This document shows positions 1 through 10,124 of a stretch of 64,000 bases of DNA, in pieces. The position numbers and the translations under genes are program-made. Each line of letters starts with the position of its first letter. The first letter of the stretch is position 1. Below the pieces are notes generated by a model. It did not search any database and was not told where the DNA came from. It saw nothing but the letters and a program-made list of their open reading frames with translations. Source of the stretch: Candidatus Nanohaloarchaea archaeon (lineage in GTDB: Archaea; Nanohalarchaeota; Nanosalinia; Nanosalinales; Nanosalinaceae); NCBI GenBank assembly GCA_041640035.1, contig JBEQBC010000002.1, positions 32,001 to 96,000 on the forward strand, given 5' to 3'.

Positions 1-1
1 C

Positions 2-442
2 AACGAAGTAACAAGGTTCGACAACTACGGCGGAACATTCAACCTGGAAGAAGCACTAACCACAACAGTCGGACAGATCAAGGAGAACACCGCATTATTC
101 ATAGTATCAGACTTCATCGATGTAGAAGGAGACTGGAAGGCAAAGATGCAGATCGCATCCGAAAAATTCCGGCATGTCATGTCAATCATGGTAAAAGACC
201 TAAGGGACTACAAACTGCCGGAAAACGGCAACATGCGGTTCGAATCTCCCAGCGGAGAACAACAGATGGTAGTCAACACATCAAAAGCAAAGGAAGAATA
301 CGAAAAAGAAGCTCAGAAGCAGGAGAGAGAAGTCAAATCTCGTATCGAAGGAGGGGGCAGCAGCTTCGTCAAAGTAGATACAAGAGACGAATTCTCCGCA
401 GCATTCGCCGAGTTCTTCGATCAAAGCGGAGGTGGCTGGTAA
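2..442 (+). CDS. DUF58 family protein (MoxR/vWA operon component), 5'-truncated at window edge
   Basis: Frame is open from position 2 (NEVTRFDNYGG...ALFIVSDF), upstream of the listed Met at 146; the hydrophobic-SDF motif and position directly before a vWA gene (TAA ATG junction) are typical of DUF58. Confidence 0.75.
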   Translation, partial: NEVTRFDNYGGTFNLEEALTTTVGQIKENTALFIVSDFIDVEGDWKAKMQIASEKFRHVMSIMVKDLRDYKLPENGNMRFESPSGEQQMVVNTSKAKEEYEKEAQKQEREVKSRIEGGGSSFVKVDTRDEFSAAFAEFFDQSGGGW

Positions 443-1390
443 ATGGAGATAGTTTTCGCCAACCAGTACGCAGGACTACTAGGACTCATACTCGGACTAC
501 TCATAGCAGTAACCATGTACTCCCGGCAGTCCAAAAGAGCCCGGGCAATGAAGTTCGGAAACTACGACACACTTCAAAAGGTGGCAGGCGGAAAATTCAT
601 CCGCTCAAGCAACATACTAACTATTCTTAAACTGGCAGCGGTAACACTTCTGATCGCCGGAGTTTCAACTCCTCAACTGGTAAATGAACAGAATGTAGCT
701 GACGCGAACTATGTGATAGCTATAGACTCCTCTTCTTCCATGTTCACCACCGATATCGAGCCAACCCGTTTCGACGCCGCACAGCAGGTCTCACAGAACA
801 TCATCAACGACATGACCAACGAAACCTCACTCGGAATAATATCGTACTCTGGAAGTGTGCAGACAGAGTCAGAGGTCTCAGGTAACCTGGAAAGGGAAAG
901 ACAGGCTATCGAGAACATCAGTATAGGTGAAAGCGCCGGAACAGCGATCGGAAACGCGATAATAAGCTCCGGAAGCCTTCTCAGCGGACTGAAAGGAGAG
1001 AAAAGAGTTATTCTGATGACCGACGGAGAGAACAATGTCGGAAGCTCCATCAACGAATCCATCAACTACGCTCAAAGACAGAACATTTCAATCTATACTA
1101 TCGGTTTCGGTACGACTGAAGATCAGGATGCTTACGGAATGGTTGAAGGTGTGAACGCGTCGAGAGCTGATTTCCCGAACCTGGATGTACTCGAACTGAA
1201 CCGTTTGGCGAACGAGACAGGTGGAGAAAGCATCATACTAACGGATAGCCAGGATATCGATCCGGAGTTCGTGGGTATTGAACGGGAGGAGGTCCGAACG
1301 AATCTTTCCAATTTCTTCATCATAGCAGGGTGTTTGCTTCTCTTGATTGAGTGGATTTTGAAGGGTACAGGAGTAGAGGTAATACCTTAA
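443..1390 (+). CDS. BatA-like membrane-anchored von Willebrand factor A domain protein
   Basis: Two N-terminal TM helices, MIDAS motif IDSSSSM, GTAIG, LMTDGENN, C-terminal TM with LLLIEW. Confidence 0.88.
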   Translation: MEIVFANQYAGLLGLILGLLIAVTMYSRQSKRARAMKFGNYDTLQKVAGGKFIRSSNILTILKLAAVTLLIAGVSTPQLVNEQNVADANYVIAIDSSSSMFTTDIEPTRFDAAQQVSQNIINDMTNETSLGIISYSGSVQTESEVSGNLERERQAIENISIGESAGTAIGNAIISSGSLLSGLKGEKRVILMTDGENNVGSSINESINYAQRQNISIYTIGFGTTEDQDAYGMVEGVNASRADFPNLDVLELNRLANETGGESIILTDSQDIDPEFVGIEREEVRTNLSNFFIIAGCLLLLIEWILKGTGVEVIP

Positions 1391-1416
1391 TACGGGAGGT
1401 GAGAAAATAATTAGAT

Positions 1417-2865
1417 ATGGCTGAGGAAAAACTAGGTATAGAGGACGCCGTAGCCGTACTAAGCAACGAGGCAGAGGGAGTAAAGAAGGAAATAGAAAAC
1501 AGAGAGCTTTCTAAAGAACAACTGGAAGAACTTTACTCGGCCGAAAAATCCGTCCAGAACCGTGAAGATGTAAAGAAAACCATAGAATCAGAGATCAAAC
1601 ATATAGAAGTATCAAAAGTACTCAGCACGGCCAGCGAAGACATCGAAGTACTTGAATCCGCACTGAAAAAAGTCAAAGACCTAGAAGGAATTGAAGGCGA
1701 GGAAAGAGGATTCGAAAACCTTGAAACAGATGAAATAATCAACCTGATGGCCGGCGACATCTCCCACATGAACGAATTCCTCAGAGAACACCGTCCGGAC
1801 GAAGAAAGCCTGGACAAACTTCTGGAAGCAGAGAAAAAAATCAATAATAGAGAAGAAGCAATCCAGCTCATACAGGAAACCAAGGAAAGAGAGAAACTCG
1901 AGAAAGAGATGGCCGACGCAGAACAGGACATCGAAAGCCTCGAAGAAAGCGTAGAAAGACTCAGAGAAACCAGCGACAATGTCAAACCAGAAAACGAAGA
2001 AAAAGAAGAAAATTCGGAAAATGAGGAACCTGAAGAAGCCGAAGAGGAACAGAAAAATGAAGGCGATAAGGAAACCAGGAAAGAGGAAAGTGAAGCGCAA
2101 GAACTGGAAGAAGATGAAGACAACGAGTCTGAGGAAGTAAGCCGGAAAGAAGAACTTATAGAAGAACTTGATCTGGAGCTCAGCGATGAGGAAAAAGAGG
2201 CTATAACTGTAGAACAATTAGAGAGTATCAAGGAAGAGAAGGAGCACCGTGAAGAAATGATTGAGGAGCTGGAAGAGAAAAAAGATATGAGCGAGGAAGA
2301 GCTGAGGAAAGCCAGCACCGACGATCTTGAAAGGATAGTCGAAGAGGTCGAGGAACAGGAAGAAGATCAAGAGGAAGAGGAAAGCTCTAAATCCAAAGAC
2401 GAGATGAGAGAAGAAGCCGAAGAAGACCTCCAGATGCTGATGGGTGCAGGAAACAATAATGAAGAGGAGGAAGAAGACTCGGGTCCTAGCAGAATCGAGA
2501 AGATCTCCCAGAAACTGGGTTCAAGGATAAACACTGAGGAAGAACAGGATGAAGATGAGACAGCAAATCTGGACAGGAAAAAACTCGATGAGATCCTGAA
2601 CAAGTACAGGGAACTACCACAGGACGAAGCCGTGGTAAAAACTGCTCATGTGATGAAGAGCTTCCTTGAAAGAACTCTAGAAATCGAAAGAGAGCTGACA
2701 TACAAAGAATTATCGGAAGAAATACCCGAAGATACCGAGAACCTGCAAGACCTGTCAGACATGTTTGAAGAACTGAACAGAGAACAGTACACACAGAATA
2801 TCAGTATTGATTCCTCGGAGTTTATCGAGACTTGCGAAGATTCTGTTGACGATTTAGAAAGGTAA
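1417..2865 (+). CDS. Highly acidic coiled-coil protein with duplicated AEK-x3-NRE helical module
   Basis: 482-aa ORF with SD GGAGGTGA upstream; internal repeat AEKSVQNREDV / AEKKINNREEA; follows the vWA gene. Confidence 0.7.
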   Translation: MAEEKLGIEDAVAVLSNEAEGVKKEIENRELSKEQLEELYSAEKSVQNREDVKKTIESEIKHIEVSKVLSTASEDIEVLESALKKVKDLEGIEGEERGFENLETDEIINLMAGDISHMNEFLREHRPDEESLDKLLEAEKKINNREEAIQLIQETKEREKLEKEMADAEQDIESLEESVERLRETSDNVKPENEEKEENSENEEPEEAEEEQKNEGDKETRKEESEAQELEEDEDNESEEVSRKEELIEELDLELSDEEKEAITVEQLESIKEEKEHREEMIEELEEKKDMSEEELRKASTDDLERIVEEVEEQEEDQEEEESSKSKDEMREEAEEDLQMLMGAGNNNEEEEEDSGPSRIEKISQKLGSRINTEEEQDEDETANLDRKKLDEILNKYRELPQDEAVVKTAHVMKSFLERTLEIERELTYKELSEEIPEDTENLQDLSDMFEELNREQYTQNISIDSSEFIETCEDSVDDLER

Positions 2866-5043
2866 GATTTCCGGCGGAATTATACTGTAGTACTCCGTCG
2901 CGATGTAAAGGAATATCACTGCTTCACCGATGATCAGAGCCAGGTAAGGAACTTTGAGTTGAAGCGAATCCAGTTCAAAACGAGTCATAGCCACCGAATA
3001 AAGGATTAAGAGAAGAGTCCATGCTGAAGCGAACACCGGGAAACGAAGCTCAGGAGGAACAACACCTTGATCAGGTACAATCTCAATTCTCATATCAGCG
3101 AACGAGTATGAACCCTGTTCCGTGGAAACAATCACGGTCGCATTACAGTCCCGAACCTCTGAAACCGCATCAATATTCAGGGAAAGAGACTGAGAAGCAT
3201 TCGGCTCGATTGTAGCAGAGTAGTTTCCAAGAGTCTGCCCACATCCCTCCAGATTCTGCACCGATATCGTAGAGTTCTCAATCGTGTCCTCACCTAGATT
3301 TTCTATAAGGAAAGGTATTGTCTGTGATTCTCCGCTTTCGATACGAACTACATCAGGTGCCTCAGAGATCCTCACACCTGTCTCAGTAATATTCTCGAAC
3401 ACTTCAAAATCTACTCTCTCCACATCCAGAAGCCGTTCACTGTTATCACCGAAGATACTGACCCTGTAAGTACCTGGCTGCACATCCTCACCAGGGTTAA
3501 GATAGACAGACCGGTTCAGCGTTTCGTTCGGCTCTAATTCAGTTACTGACGCAGACTGGCTATCCCATGTTCCAGGAAGATTCTCTGTTTCCGGCTCAAT
3601 CGTCAAGTTCCCTACAGTCTGATTAGCCAGGTTCTCAAGCCGGAGCCTGACCTCAGAGAAGCCTCCCCTAGGCGCTGAAACAGTTCCCTGATACGATTCA
3701 ATATTCAGGCTCAACGCAGGCACAGGATCAGGTTCAGGCACCGGCTCCGGTTCAGGTTCAGGTACAGGAGTCTGCCCGGGATTATCATTATCCCCCTCTA
3801 TAGTCTCATTAGACTCTTCACCCGTCTGATTTGCATCTCTAGGTCGTGGCTCTTCTACAGGATCTCCAGTACCTCCTGTCTCTCCTCCAGCAACAAGGAC
3901 TCTGAAGTTCTTGAAAGCAGTCAAATCAAAAGTCTCTGTACCGTATATCTGAGGATCCTGAGCTGCTCCATCTGTTATCAGGCACTCCGCCGTGACATTA
4001 AGCCTTGCCAAGTAGTAACCCGTCCTGTTCGTACCTGGAAAAGTCTTCACACGGGAAAATGACTGAGAAGGCAGTACATCAGTCTCATTAATTGTAGAAT
4101 AAGTCTTGTTGATGGAAGGTCCAATCTCCTCTCGCCCATCCTCAGGCTCCCATTCCGTCTCATTCTGGAATGTTACATTTAGGTCTGCCGTTACATTAGC
4201 CTGAGAGCTTGCGTTGTTCAGGAAACCGAATAGGAAAGATCCTTCTTTTTCAGTAGGGTGTATTCCTCCCCCAGGCGTCCTGAAACGGTTAACAGCTACC
4301 CCACATAGCGATGCTATACCCACATCGATCTCGGCTCTGTCAGCATCACGGTACTTGGGATAGACTTCGAAACTACCTGTCTCTGTATCAGTGGTTCCGT
4401 CTTCGCCCAGTAGATTGAACTCGTAACCGTACTCTCCTGCTGATAACCGGCCCAAGTTCAGTTCGTACTCTTTTATTGAAGTAGTTTGTTCAGCTATCTT
4501 CATAGGCAGATCTTCGCTAGTAGTATTGTTTGAAAGATCTTCTATTGTCAGATTAAACGCTTGAACGGATTCCTCAGGATTTGTTATCTCGGAAACAGCT
4601 TCTACATCGTCTTGAGTGTTTTTGAAGAAAGGTTGGAACTGAGAGTTCAGTATTCTTAATTCATCAGGTATTACCTGAAAAGAAGTGGTGTTTACCTGTG
4701 CTACATCGTTGAAGACTGTTGCCTGCCATTCTCCCACCCGGGCATCCTGACTTAAACTGTAATTGTTTCTGTAGAGATAGTAGGGATCTGTAGTATTGGT
4801 TTGATTCGCTGACTGGTTTACATTTGTCTCCACCATTTTCATCGGTTCATCCGACAGTATAAGATCATCCTGACTGTCAAGAAGTTCTAAAGTGTAATTA
4901 TTGTCTTCAGAGACATTCAGTTCAAAGGTTACCTTATCGCCTGCAGCTATCTCTGCTCCTCCGCTGCTCTGGTACACCGAGAAATCTGCCAGGCCTAGAG
5001 GCAGAATTGTAACGGCTATGAGAAGCAGAAATGTCTTCTTCAT
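2854..5043 (-). CDS. Large cell-surface glycoprotein with Ig-like/NEW3-type domains and C-terminal membrane anchor
   Basis: Signal peptide MKKTFLLLIAV from ATG 5043 (ATGA overlap with upstream gene), many N-x-S/T sequons, PEPEPEPVPEPDP linker, two C-terminal TM helices. Confidence 0.75.
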   Translation of the reverse strand: MKKTFLLLIAVTILPLGLADFSVYQSSGGAEIAAGDKVTFELNVSEDNNYTLELLDSQDDLILSDEPMKMVETNVNQSANQTNTTDPYYLYRNNYSLSQDARVGEWQATVFNDVAQVNTTSFQVIPDELRILNSQFQPFFKNTQDDVEAVSEITNPEESVQAFNLTIEDLSNNTTSEDLPMKIAEQTTSIKEYELNLGRLSAGEYGYEFNLLGEDGTTDTETGSFEVYPKYRDADRAEIDVGIASLCGVAVNRFRTPGGGIHPTEKEGSFLFGFLNNASSQANVTADLNVTFQNETEWEPEDGREEIGPSINKTYSTINETDVLPSQSFSRVKTFPGTNRTGYYLARLNVTAECLITDGAAQDPQIYGTETFDLTAFKNFRVLVAGGETGGTGDPVEEPRPRDANQTGEESNETIEGDNDNPGQTPVPEPEPEPVPEPDPVPALSLNIESYQGTVSAPRGGFSEVRLRLENLANQTVGNLTIEPETENLPGTWDSQSASVTELEPNETLNRSVYLNPGEDVQPGTYRVSIFGDNSERLLDVERVDFEVFENITETGVRISEAPDVVRIESGESQTIPFLIENLGEDTIENSTISVQNLEGCGQTLGNYSATIEPNASQSLSLNIDAVSEVRDCNATVIVSTEQGSYSFADMRIEIVPDQGVVPPELRFPVFASAWTLLLILYSVAMTRFELDSLQLKVPYLALIIGEAVIFLYIATEYYSIIPPEILPF

Positions 5044-5762
5044 GCAAACACCTCTTTCAGCAGCCATGCCATGGTAAGGATAACACCGAGTAAGAGTAAA
5101 ATAGTAATGCCGGTTACACCACCAGAATCTTCATCTTCCTGCTGTGAGTCTTCATTAGTCCTGTTCGATGACTGTTGAGAAGTACTGTTTACCTCCTCAA
5201 TATCGCTTTCTTCACTCGTATCAGTTGGTGCTTCGTCTTCATCTTCTTCCGGAGTAGTTTGATTTTTTTCATCGTTATTTCCGGAGCTGAAACCGGTCTG
5301 TATACGGTCAGAGGTTGAAAATATCTCAAAACTGAACTCCTGCACCGTCTCAACATTCGGCCGGTTCTCTTCCGTCTCGTAGACACGGCTGAAAAGCAGA
5401 TCGAAGCTATGTGACCTTGTATCTGTATCCAGAGGTATCTCTGCCCGAACATCGATGTAGTGTATCTCTGCATACTGATCATCTCCCAGGTAATACCACT
5501 CACGGCCCTTTGACGGAGTTTCAGTTATCTCCGACGGCTCCAAAGTTATGCTTTCCGGATTCTCGACAATGAGATCCGTTGAAACCGATTTAGATACAGT
5601 CAAGTTTATTTCCTCGCTGCCTGTATTGATTAATCCTATTCTATACTGTTTGTCAAGGTCGGATATGTCGCTATCTGTTTCAGGTTGTTCGATTAGTATG
5701 TTACCTGATGCCGAGGCTGCTAGAAGGATTACTAGAGCTGTTAAGAGGGTTTTCTTTCTCAT
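5040..5762 (-). CDS. Secreted membrane-anchored protein (Ig/PapD-like domain, acidic linker, C-terminal TM)
   Basis: Signal peptide MRKKTLL, beta-rich domain with LINTG motif, S/T/E/D linker, C-terminal hydrophobic helix. Confidence 0.7.
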   Translation of the reverse strand: MRKKTLLTALVILLAASASGNILIEQPETDSDISDLDKQYRIGLINTGSEEINLTVSKSVSTDLIVENPESITLEPSEITETPSKGREWYYLGDDQYAEIHYIDVRAEIPLDTDTRSHSFDLLFSRVYETEENRPNVETVQEFSFEIFSTSDRIQTGFSSGNNDEKNQTTPEEDEDEAPTDTSEESDIEEVNSTSQQSSNRTNEDSQQEDEDSGGVTGITILLLLGVILTMAWLLKEVFA

Positions 5763-5773
5763 TTATTGGGCAC

Positions 5774-7576
5774 CTAGGAAGTGGAGTTTGCTTTGAAGGT
5801 TATCGTACCGTTGTAGCCGCCTTCTGTCATCCCAAAGGGTACATCTATCCAGTAAAAAGTGGATATGATATCTCCAGGATCTATATTCGATTTTACATGC
5901 TGGTAACTGTTGCTCAGTCTATTCTCTGTACTGATATCGTTTTGAAGGCTGTAAGACATGTTTGAAGCTCCGATCACATAGCTTGGATCTACAGTAGAAA
6001 CCAGGTCTGTCGCGTTCACCCAGAGATTGTCTATCGGAGCGCTGTCCTCACTTACCGTGATATTATACTCCAGATCGTTGTTTCCTTCCGCAGACTTGTT
6101 TTCTACTCCTGGATTAAGTGCTCCGAAGTCTATCGTAGTCCAGTTCAGACTGAAATCTATCGGCACAGAGATCTCGACCTGGAAATCACGGGAATCGTTC
6201 TCCGGTATACCCGGATAAGAGTTGCTGGAGGCGTTAACATCCAGATCATGATAGGAATCCTGAGGACCTGTCGCGTTTACATCCCAGTCAATCTGGCATT
6301 CCTCACCTGAAACCAGGTTACATGACTCCCCTGGACCTTCCTGTAGAGCGAAAGGCTTCTCTCCCTGTCCTGGCAGTATCTGCTGTCCTCCCGTGCTGTT
6401 GTATCTTGGATTAGCCTCCACAGTTCCGCATTCTCCATCAGAACAGGTCAGGTTTGCGGTGAGAGCGAAAGTCTTGTTCTGTGTAACGATAGTGTTATTT
6501 GGAGGAGATATGAAATCTACATCTATTCTGCCGTACTTTATTGCCTCTAAAATGTGTTCATCTTCATCTGAAGCTGCTGTTGATGAATCGGAGACCAGGA
6601 ATCTTTGATCAAATGTTTCTGTATCGGTCAGCGAGGTTTGTGTTACATAGCTTGCGTTCATAGATGTACCGTTCTGAAGTACTGCATCATTTCCTGTATC
6701 CCATGTAACTCTGCCTGATGAGAAGGAGCCGCCTGTATACTCTGTATTGGCGTTGTAGAATATCTGATCTACCGTCCAGCCGGTGTCGATTCCGTCATGG
6801 TACAGTGTGTCGGCTGAGGCTAGATCCCAGTCCTCGCTTCCACTGTTTTTGACCTGGAAAGTGAACCTGAATGACGCTGCCTGATCCTTCTGCTCTGTCT
6901 GAAAGGTCTTGTTCAATCCCTGGTCGATAAGTTGGCCCTGGTACTTCTTCTCGGAGCTTGAGAGCCCTGTTACATTGTAGACTCTGATCTCCGTCACATT
7001 TAGTCTCGGAGCGGTATCCCCTGCGGTGTATGCTGAGAAACTTGATAGATTAAAGCTGAAGATACTAGTGTCCTGGGAGATACTGTAGTCGGTAGATGAA
7101 TTGATATTCCAGTCCGGACAGTCTGTAGAGCTGAAATCATAGCTGTTACATTTGAGAATGTTATCCGGCGCATTGCTTCTACCATAGCTAATCTCACTTT
7201 GATCAAAATTGATACCTGTGTTTTTGAATCCGTAGATTTTCTCTCCGTTTTCAAGATAAGGTGTTGATTCTTTTCGGTCCGTCAACCGTATATCCGGGTT
7301 GAAACCCTCTGTCAGGTTCAGTTCGTAGATTGTAACATTGATATCACCGGTTCCAAAGTCCTGAATAACCGTGTAATTATGGTTTGTAGCCAGATCTGCG
7401 GTAAGGGTATCCTGTGACTGTGCTACGATACCTGAACTGTTTTTCACTGTGTATTCCGCCGGTACTGTTTGGCCATCTTTGTTCAGTGTTTCGAGCTGGA
7501 GCTGTGACTGTGCTGCTGCTCCCGACAAGGTTATTATTAGTAGAAGGGTTATGAGCAGTGTTTTTCTGCTATACAT
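5774..7576 (-). CDS. Secreted multi-domain beta-sandwich surface protein
   Basis: Signal peptide, sequon-rich, Cys pairs, C-terminal IDFG...GGYNGTITFKA domain; no C-terminal TM. Confidence 0.72.
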   Translation of the reverse strand: MYSRKTLLITLLLIITLSGAAAQSQLQLETLNKDGQTVPAEYTVKNSSGIVAQSQDTLTADLATNHNYTVIQDFGTGDINVTIYELNLTEGFNPDIRLTDRKESTPYLENGEKIYGFKNTGINFDQSEISYGRSNAPDNILKCNSYDFSSTDCPDWNINSSTDYSISQDTSIFSFNLSSFSAYTAGDTAPRLNVTEIRVYNVTGLSSSEKKYQGQLIDQGLNKTFQTEQKDQAASFRFTFQVKNSGSEDWDLASADTLYHDGIDTGWTVDQIFYNANTEYTGGSFSSGRVTWDTGNDAVLQNGTSMNASYVTQTSLTDTETFDQRFLVSDSSTAASDEDEHILEAIKYGRIDVDFISPPNNTIVTQNKTFALTANLTCSDGECGTVEANPRYNSTGGQQILPGQGEKPFALQEGPGESCNLVSGEECQIDWDVNATGPQDSYHDLDVNASSNSYPGIPENDSRDFQVEISVPIDFSLNWTTIDFGALNPGVENKSAEGNNDLEYNITVSEDSAPIDNLWVNATDLVSTVDPSYVIGASNMSYSLQNDISTENRLSNSYQHVKSNIDPGDIISTFYWIDVPFGMTEGGYNGTITFKANSTS

Positions 7577-7988
7577 AGATTATTGAGACACCTGCTATGA
7601 TGCCGAGTATGCCGACAAGTATCAGCCACTGGTACCGTGTGTTGGTTGCCTCAAGGTTCTGGTAGATCTCTTCCTGGCCCTGAACTGTTACCTGCATTCC
7701 TCGGAATGTCTGTAATGCGTAGTCTATATCGTCTCCTACCGCGGTGGTTTGAAGGTCTTGCATCGCGGTCAGGCTCTGGTTGAACTGCTGGCTGTTTACG
7801 ACCTGGTCGAGCTGGTTCAGGTTCTCTTCTGTGGTTCTGGCTTCTTCTATGGCTGGCTGGATTACGAGTACGGTGTGAAGTGAGAACATTAGAAGTGTTG
7901 CTGAGGCTACTATCATTGTTTTGCCTAGCTCTGTTTCGTCCAAGGTGTAGTCGTACTCGATTTCTCTGATCGTTTCTTTGAGTCCCAT
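7569..7988 (-). CDS. Two-TM membrane protein, hypothetical
   Basis: Two hydrophobic helices flanking a helical loop; overlaps the start of the next gene. Confidence 0.65.
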   Translation of the reverse strand: MGLKETIREIEYDYTLDETELGKTMIVASATLLMFSLHTVLVIQPAIEEARTTEENLNQLDQVVNSQQFNQSLTAMQDLQTTAVGDDIDYALQTFRGMQVTVQGQEEIYQNLEATNTRYQWLILVGILGIIAGVSIIYV

Positions 7989-8021
7989 ATGGAATTTTTT
8001 ACCTTCGGCTCTAAGTTAGTT

Positions 8022-8399
8022 TTAGCAGCTTCTGAGGTTTATAGATTCCGGATAGTTTTGCTCCCATTCTCCGCAGCTGAAGCCCTGTACAGGTGTTTCC
8101 TTCCATTCATCTCCGGAGTATCTGGTTGAGTTGCAGAGTGTCTGTCTTGCGTTGGTGCATCTCTGTTTTATGTTTTCGAGTTCGCTGCACTGGCTGCTTG
8201 GCTGGAAATCGGTGGTTGATGTTTTGACTCCAATACATTGGTTCTGTAAAGGTACTCCGTGGCAGGATATTTTCTGTGTGTGGCAGGTTCCTTGTGCTTC
8301 GATGAATGTGATGCCTGAAGCCATGTACAGTAGAATTACTAGTGCTGAAGCTCCCAGGGAGATCAGTGCTTCTTTTCTTCCTATGTCCGGTTTCCTCAT
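8022..8399 (-). CDS. Membrane-anchored Cys-rich extracellular protein (paralogue of 18375-18824)
   Basis: N-terminal TM, eight Cys, SGDEW...GEW..N...INLRSC pattern shared with 18375-18824. Confidence 0.65.
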   Translation of the reverse strand: MRKPDIGRKEALISLGASALVILLYMASGITFIEAQGTCHTQKISCHGVPLQNQCIGVKTSTTDFQPSSQCSELENIKQRCTNARQTLCNSTRYSGDEWKETPVQGFSCGEWEQNYPESINLRSC

Positions 8400-8446
8400 G
8401 TTTATAACTGTTTCAGCTACAGCTTTAATTATAAGGTGTAACCGGT

Positions 8447-8851
8447 ATGGGAATTGAACTTTGGATGGTTTTTGAAGCGATCTCGAACAAGGAAGAGGCC
8501 GTAGAGGAATCTATGGACGATCATGTTGAAAGCCTCAAGGACGAAGACAATCTTGAAGTTACCGAGGCTAACTTTGACGAGGTCTCGGAGATGGATCAGC
8601 CTCATCCGGATATAGATCACGGTTATTCCCATGTTGTAGAGGTCAGAGTAGAGTGCGAGACATTTGAACGAGCTGTAAGAACTGTAGTTAATTATGGACC
8701 GACTTATGTGCAGGTTGAGGGACCTGACAGCTTTGAACTAGGTCTTAAGGACTCTCAGGACAGTCTTCAGTTCATGGCAAGCACCATGCAGAAGTATGCG
8801 GAGATGGGTGCTGGCGGAGTACTGGTCTCAAGATCTCAAGACGAGGAGTAA
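8447..8851 (+). CDS. Hypothetical acidic protein
   Basis: 134-aa ORF with genome-typical codon and amino-acid usage and an upstream TATA-like element. Confidence 0.65.
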   Translation: MGIELWMVFEAISNKEEAVEESMDDHVESLKDEDNLEVTEANFDEVSEMDQPHPDIDHGYSHVVEVRVECETFERAVRTVVNYGPTYVQVEGPDSFELGLKDSQDSLQFMASTMQKYAEMGAGGVLVSRSQDEE

Positions 8852-8896
8852 ATCGGAAAACATTATTTAACCATATAGAAGAAAATCTAAACTGTT

Positions 8897-9766
8897 ATGC
8901 GTCTCAAAATCATAGCAGTTGCATTCCTTCTAGTATTTGTTTCATCAGCCGCAGCTACCGATATAACAAGCGAATCAGTCACTATCGACCTGGAAGATAA
9001 CAGTGTAGTTCTTGAATCAGATATGCAGAGTATAAGCGGCTCCGAGTTCTCATATGTGACCAGCGTACCTGTAGAAAATGTCGAAGGAACACTGAACGGA
9101 GAACCTATCGAATGTAACGAGGAAGACTTCCAGATCGGATCCGAGATACAGTGTAACGCGCCTGTAAAAGAAGATATACTACTTAGACTTGAGTTCACCG
9201 CGTCAAACCTGGTGGAGGAGCGTAACGGCTTCAGACTTTTCGAATACACACACTCTGTCTACCGTCCAACAGAGACATACAACCTGACAGTTATACTCCC
9301 TGAAGATTCCGGAGTAGCTGAAAGCACAAACAGGTCTGAAGAAGCGGTTATTCCCGGCGCAGCATCTATAGAGGAGGTTGACGGCAGAACAGAGATTACG
9401 TGGAGTCAGAACCCGCGTGTAGGAGATGTGCTCTCATTCAGAGCAGTATACGAGACAGAAGAACAGGAGGAAAACACCGGACTGCCTCTATTACCAGTGG
9501 TTGCCGCAGTCTTGCTGGCACTAGTTATAGCTTATATCCTGACCCGTGGGGAACAGAAAGAAGTGATCGAGCTGGACGATGATGAACAGGAGGTTGTAGA
9601 TATAATTGAGGAGAATGATGGTGAGATGCTTCAGAAAGATGTAGTATCCGAATCCGAGTACTCCAAGGCGAAGATATCAGGGGTTGTAAGCTCGCTCGTC
9701 GATAAAGATGTAGTTTCCAAGGAAAAGGAAGGTCGTAGTAACAAGCTTGTTCTCAAGGACCGTTAA
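8897..9766 (+). CDS. Membrane-anchored protein with extracellular beta domain and C-terminal winged HTH (COG2512-like)
   Basis: Signal peptide, TM helix, C-terminal LDDDEQEVV...GEMLQKDVV..SEYSKAKISGVVSSLVDKDVV.KEKEGRSN. Confidence 0.8.
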   Translation: MRLKIIAVAFLLVFVSSAAATDITSESVTIDLEDNSVVLESDMQSISGSEFSYVTSVPVENVEGTLNGEPIECNEEDFQIGSEIQCNAPVKEDILLRLEFTASNLVEERNGFRLFEYTHSVYRPTETYNLTVILPEDSGVAESTNRSEEAVIPGAASIEEVDGRTEITWSQNPRVGDVLSFRAVYETEEQEENTGLPLLPVVAAVLLALVIAYILTRGEQKEVIELDDDEQEVVDIIEENDGEMLQKDVVSESEYSKAKISGVVSSLVDKDVVSKEKEGRSNKLVLKDR

Positions 9767-10093
9767 TTATCCTGTTGCAGCTCTTATTGGGAAGATAGTC
9801 AGTTCTCCGTCATTTATCCGTGTGCATGCGCACCTCAAATCGGTTTTGTTCTCCACTTCGTCACTCATGGAGGAGAGAGCCACCCATCCGGGTTCGTGGC
9901 ACATCACGGAGCTTGTGTTGTACTGGTTGGCCAGTTCCTGTTCAAGATTCTGGCAGTAATTTTGTTGGTCGCCTTGGTCCTCTGAGATTACCACCGTTGA
10001 AACGGCGTAGCCTGCTGCCAGACCTATCATAGACGCTAGAATAGCTACCAGAACTTTAGCTGCTTGGTTCTGAAAGATTTCGGGTATCTCCAT
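9767..10093 (-). CDS. Small membrane-anchored protein with Cys-containing ectodomain
   Basis: N-terminal TM followed by a four-Cys domain. Confidence 0.6.
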   Translation of the reverse strand: MEIPEIFQNQAAKVLVAILASMIGLAAGYAVSTVVISEDQGDQQNYCQNLEQELANQYNTSSVMCHEPGWVALSSMSDEVENKTDLRCACTRINDGELTIFPIRAATG

Positions 10094-10124
10094 AATTCCT
10101 TTATCGTTGTGTAATGCTTATTAT

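Noticed and set aside
1533-2318. Long Ser/Phe-rich antisense ORFs (also 31591-32529, 62618-63940 and many others)
   Set aside because: Shadows of Glu/Asp-rich genes on the opposite strand; GAA/GAG codons read as Ser, Phe or Leu with few stops
3717-3770. Short tandem repeats (GGTTCA-like)
   Set aside because: Encode the Pro-Glu linker of the surface protein; not CRISPR or a mobile element
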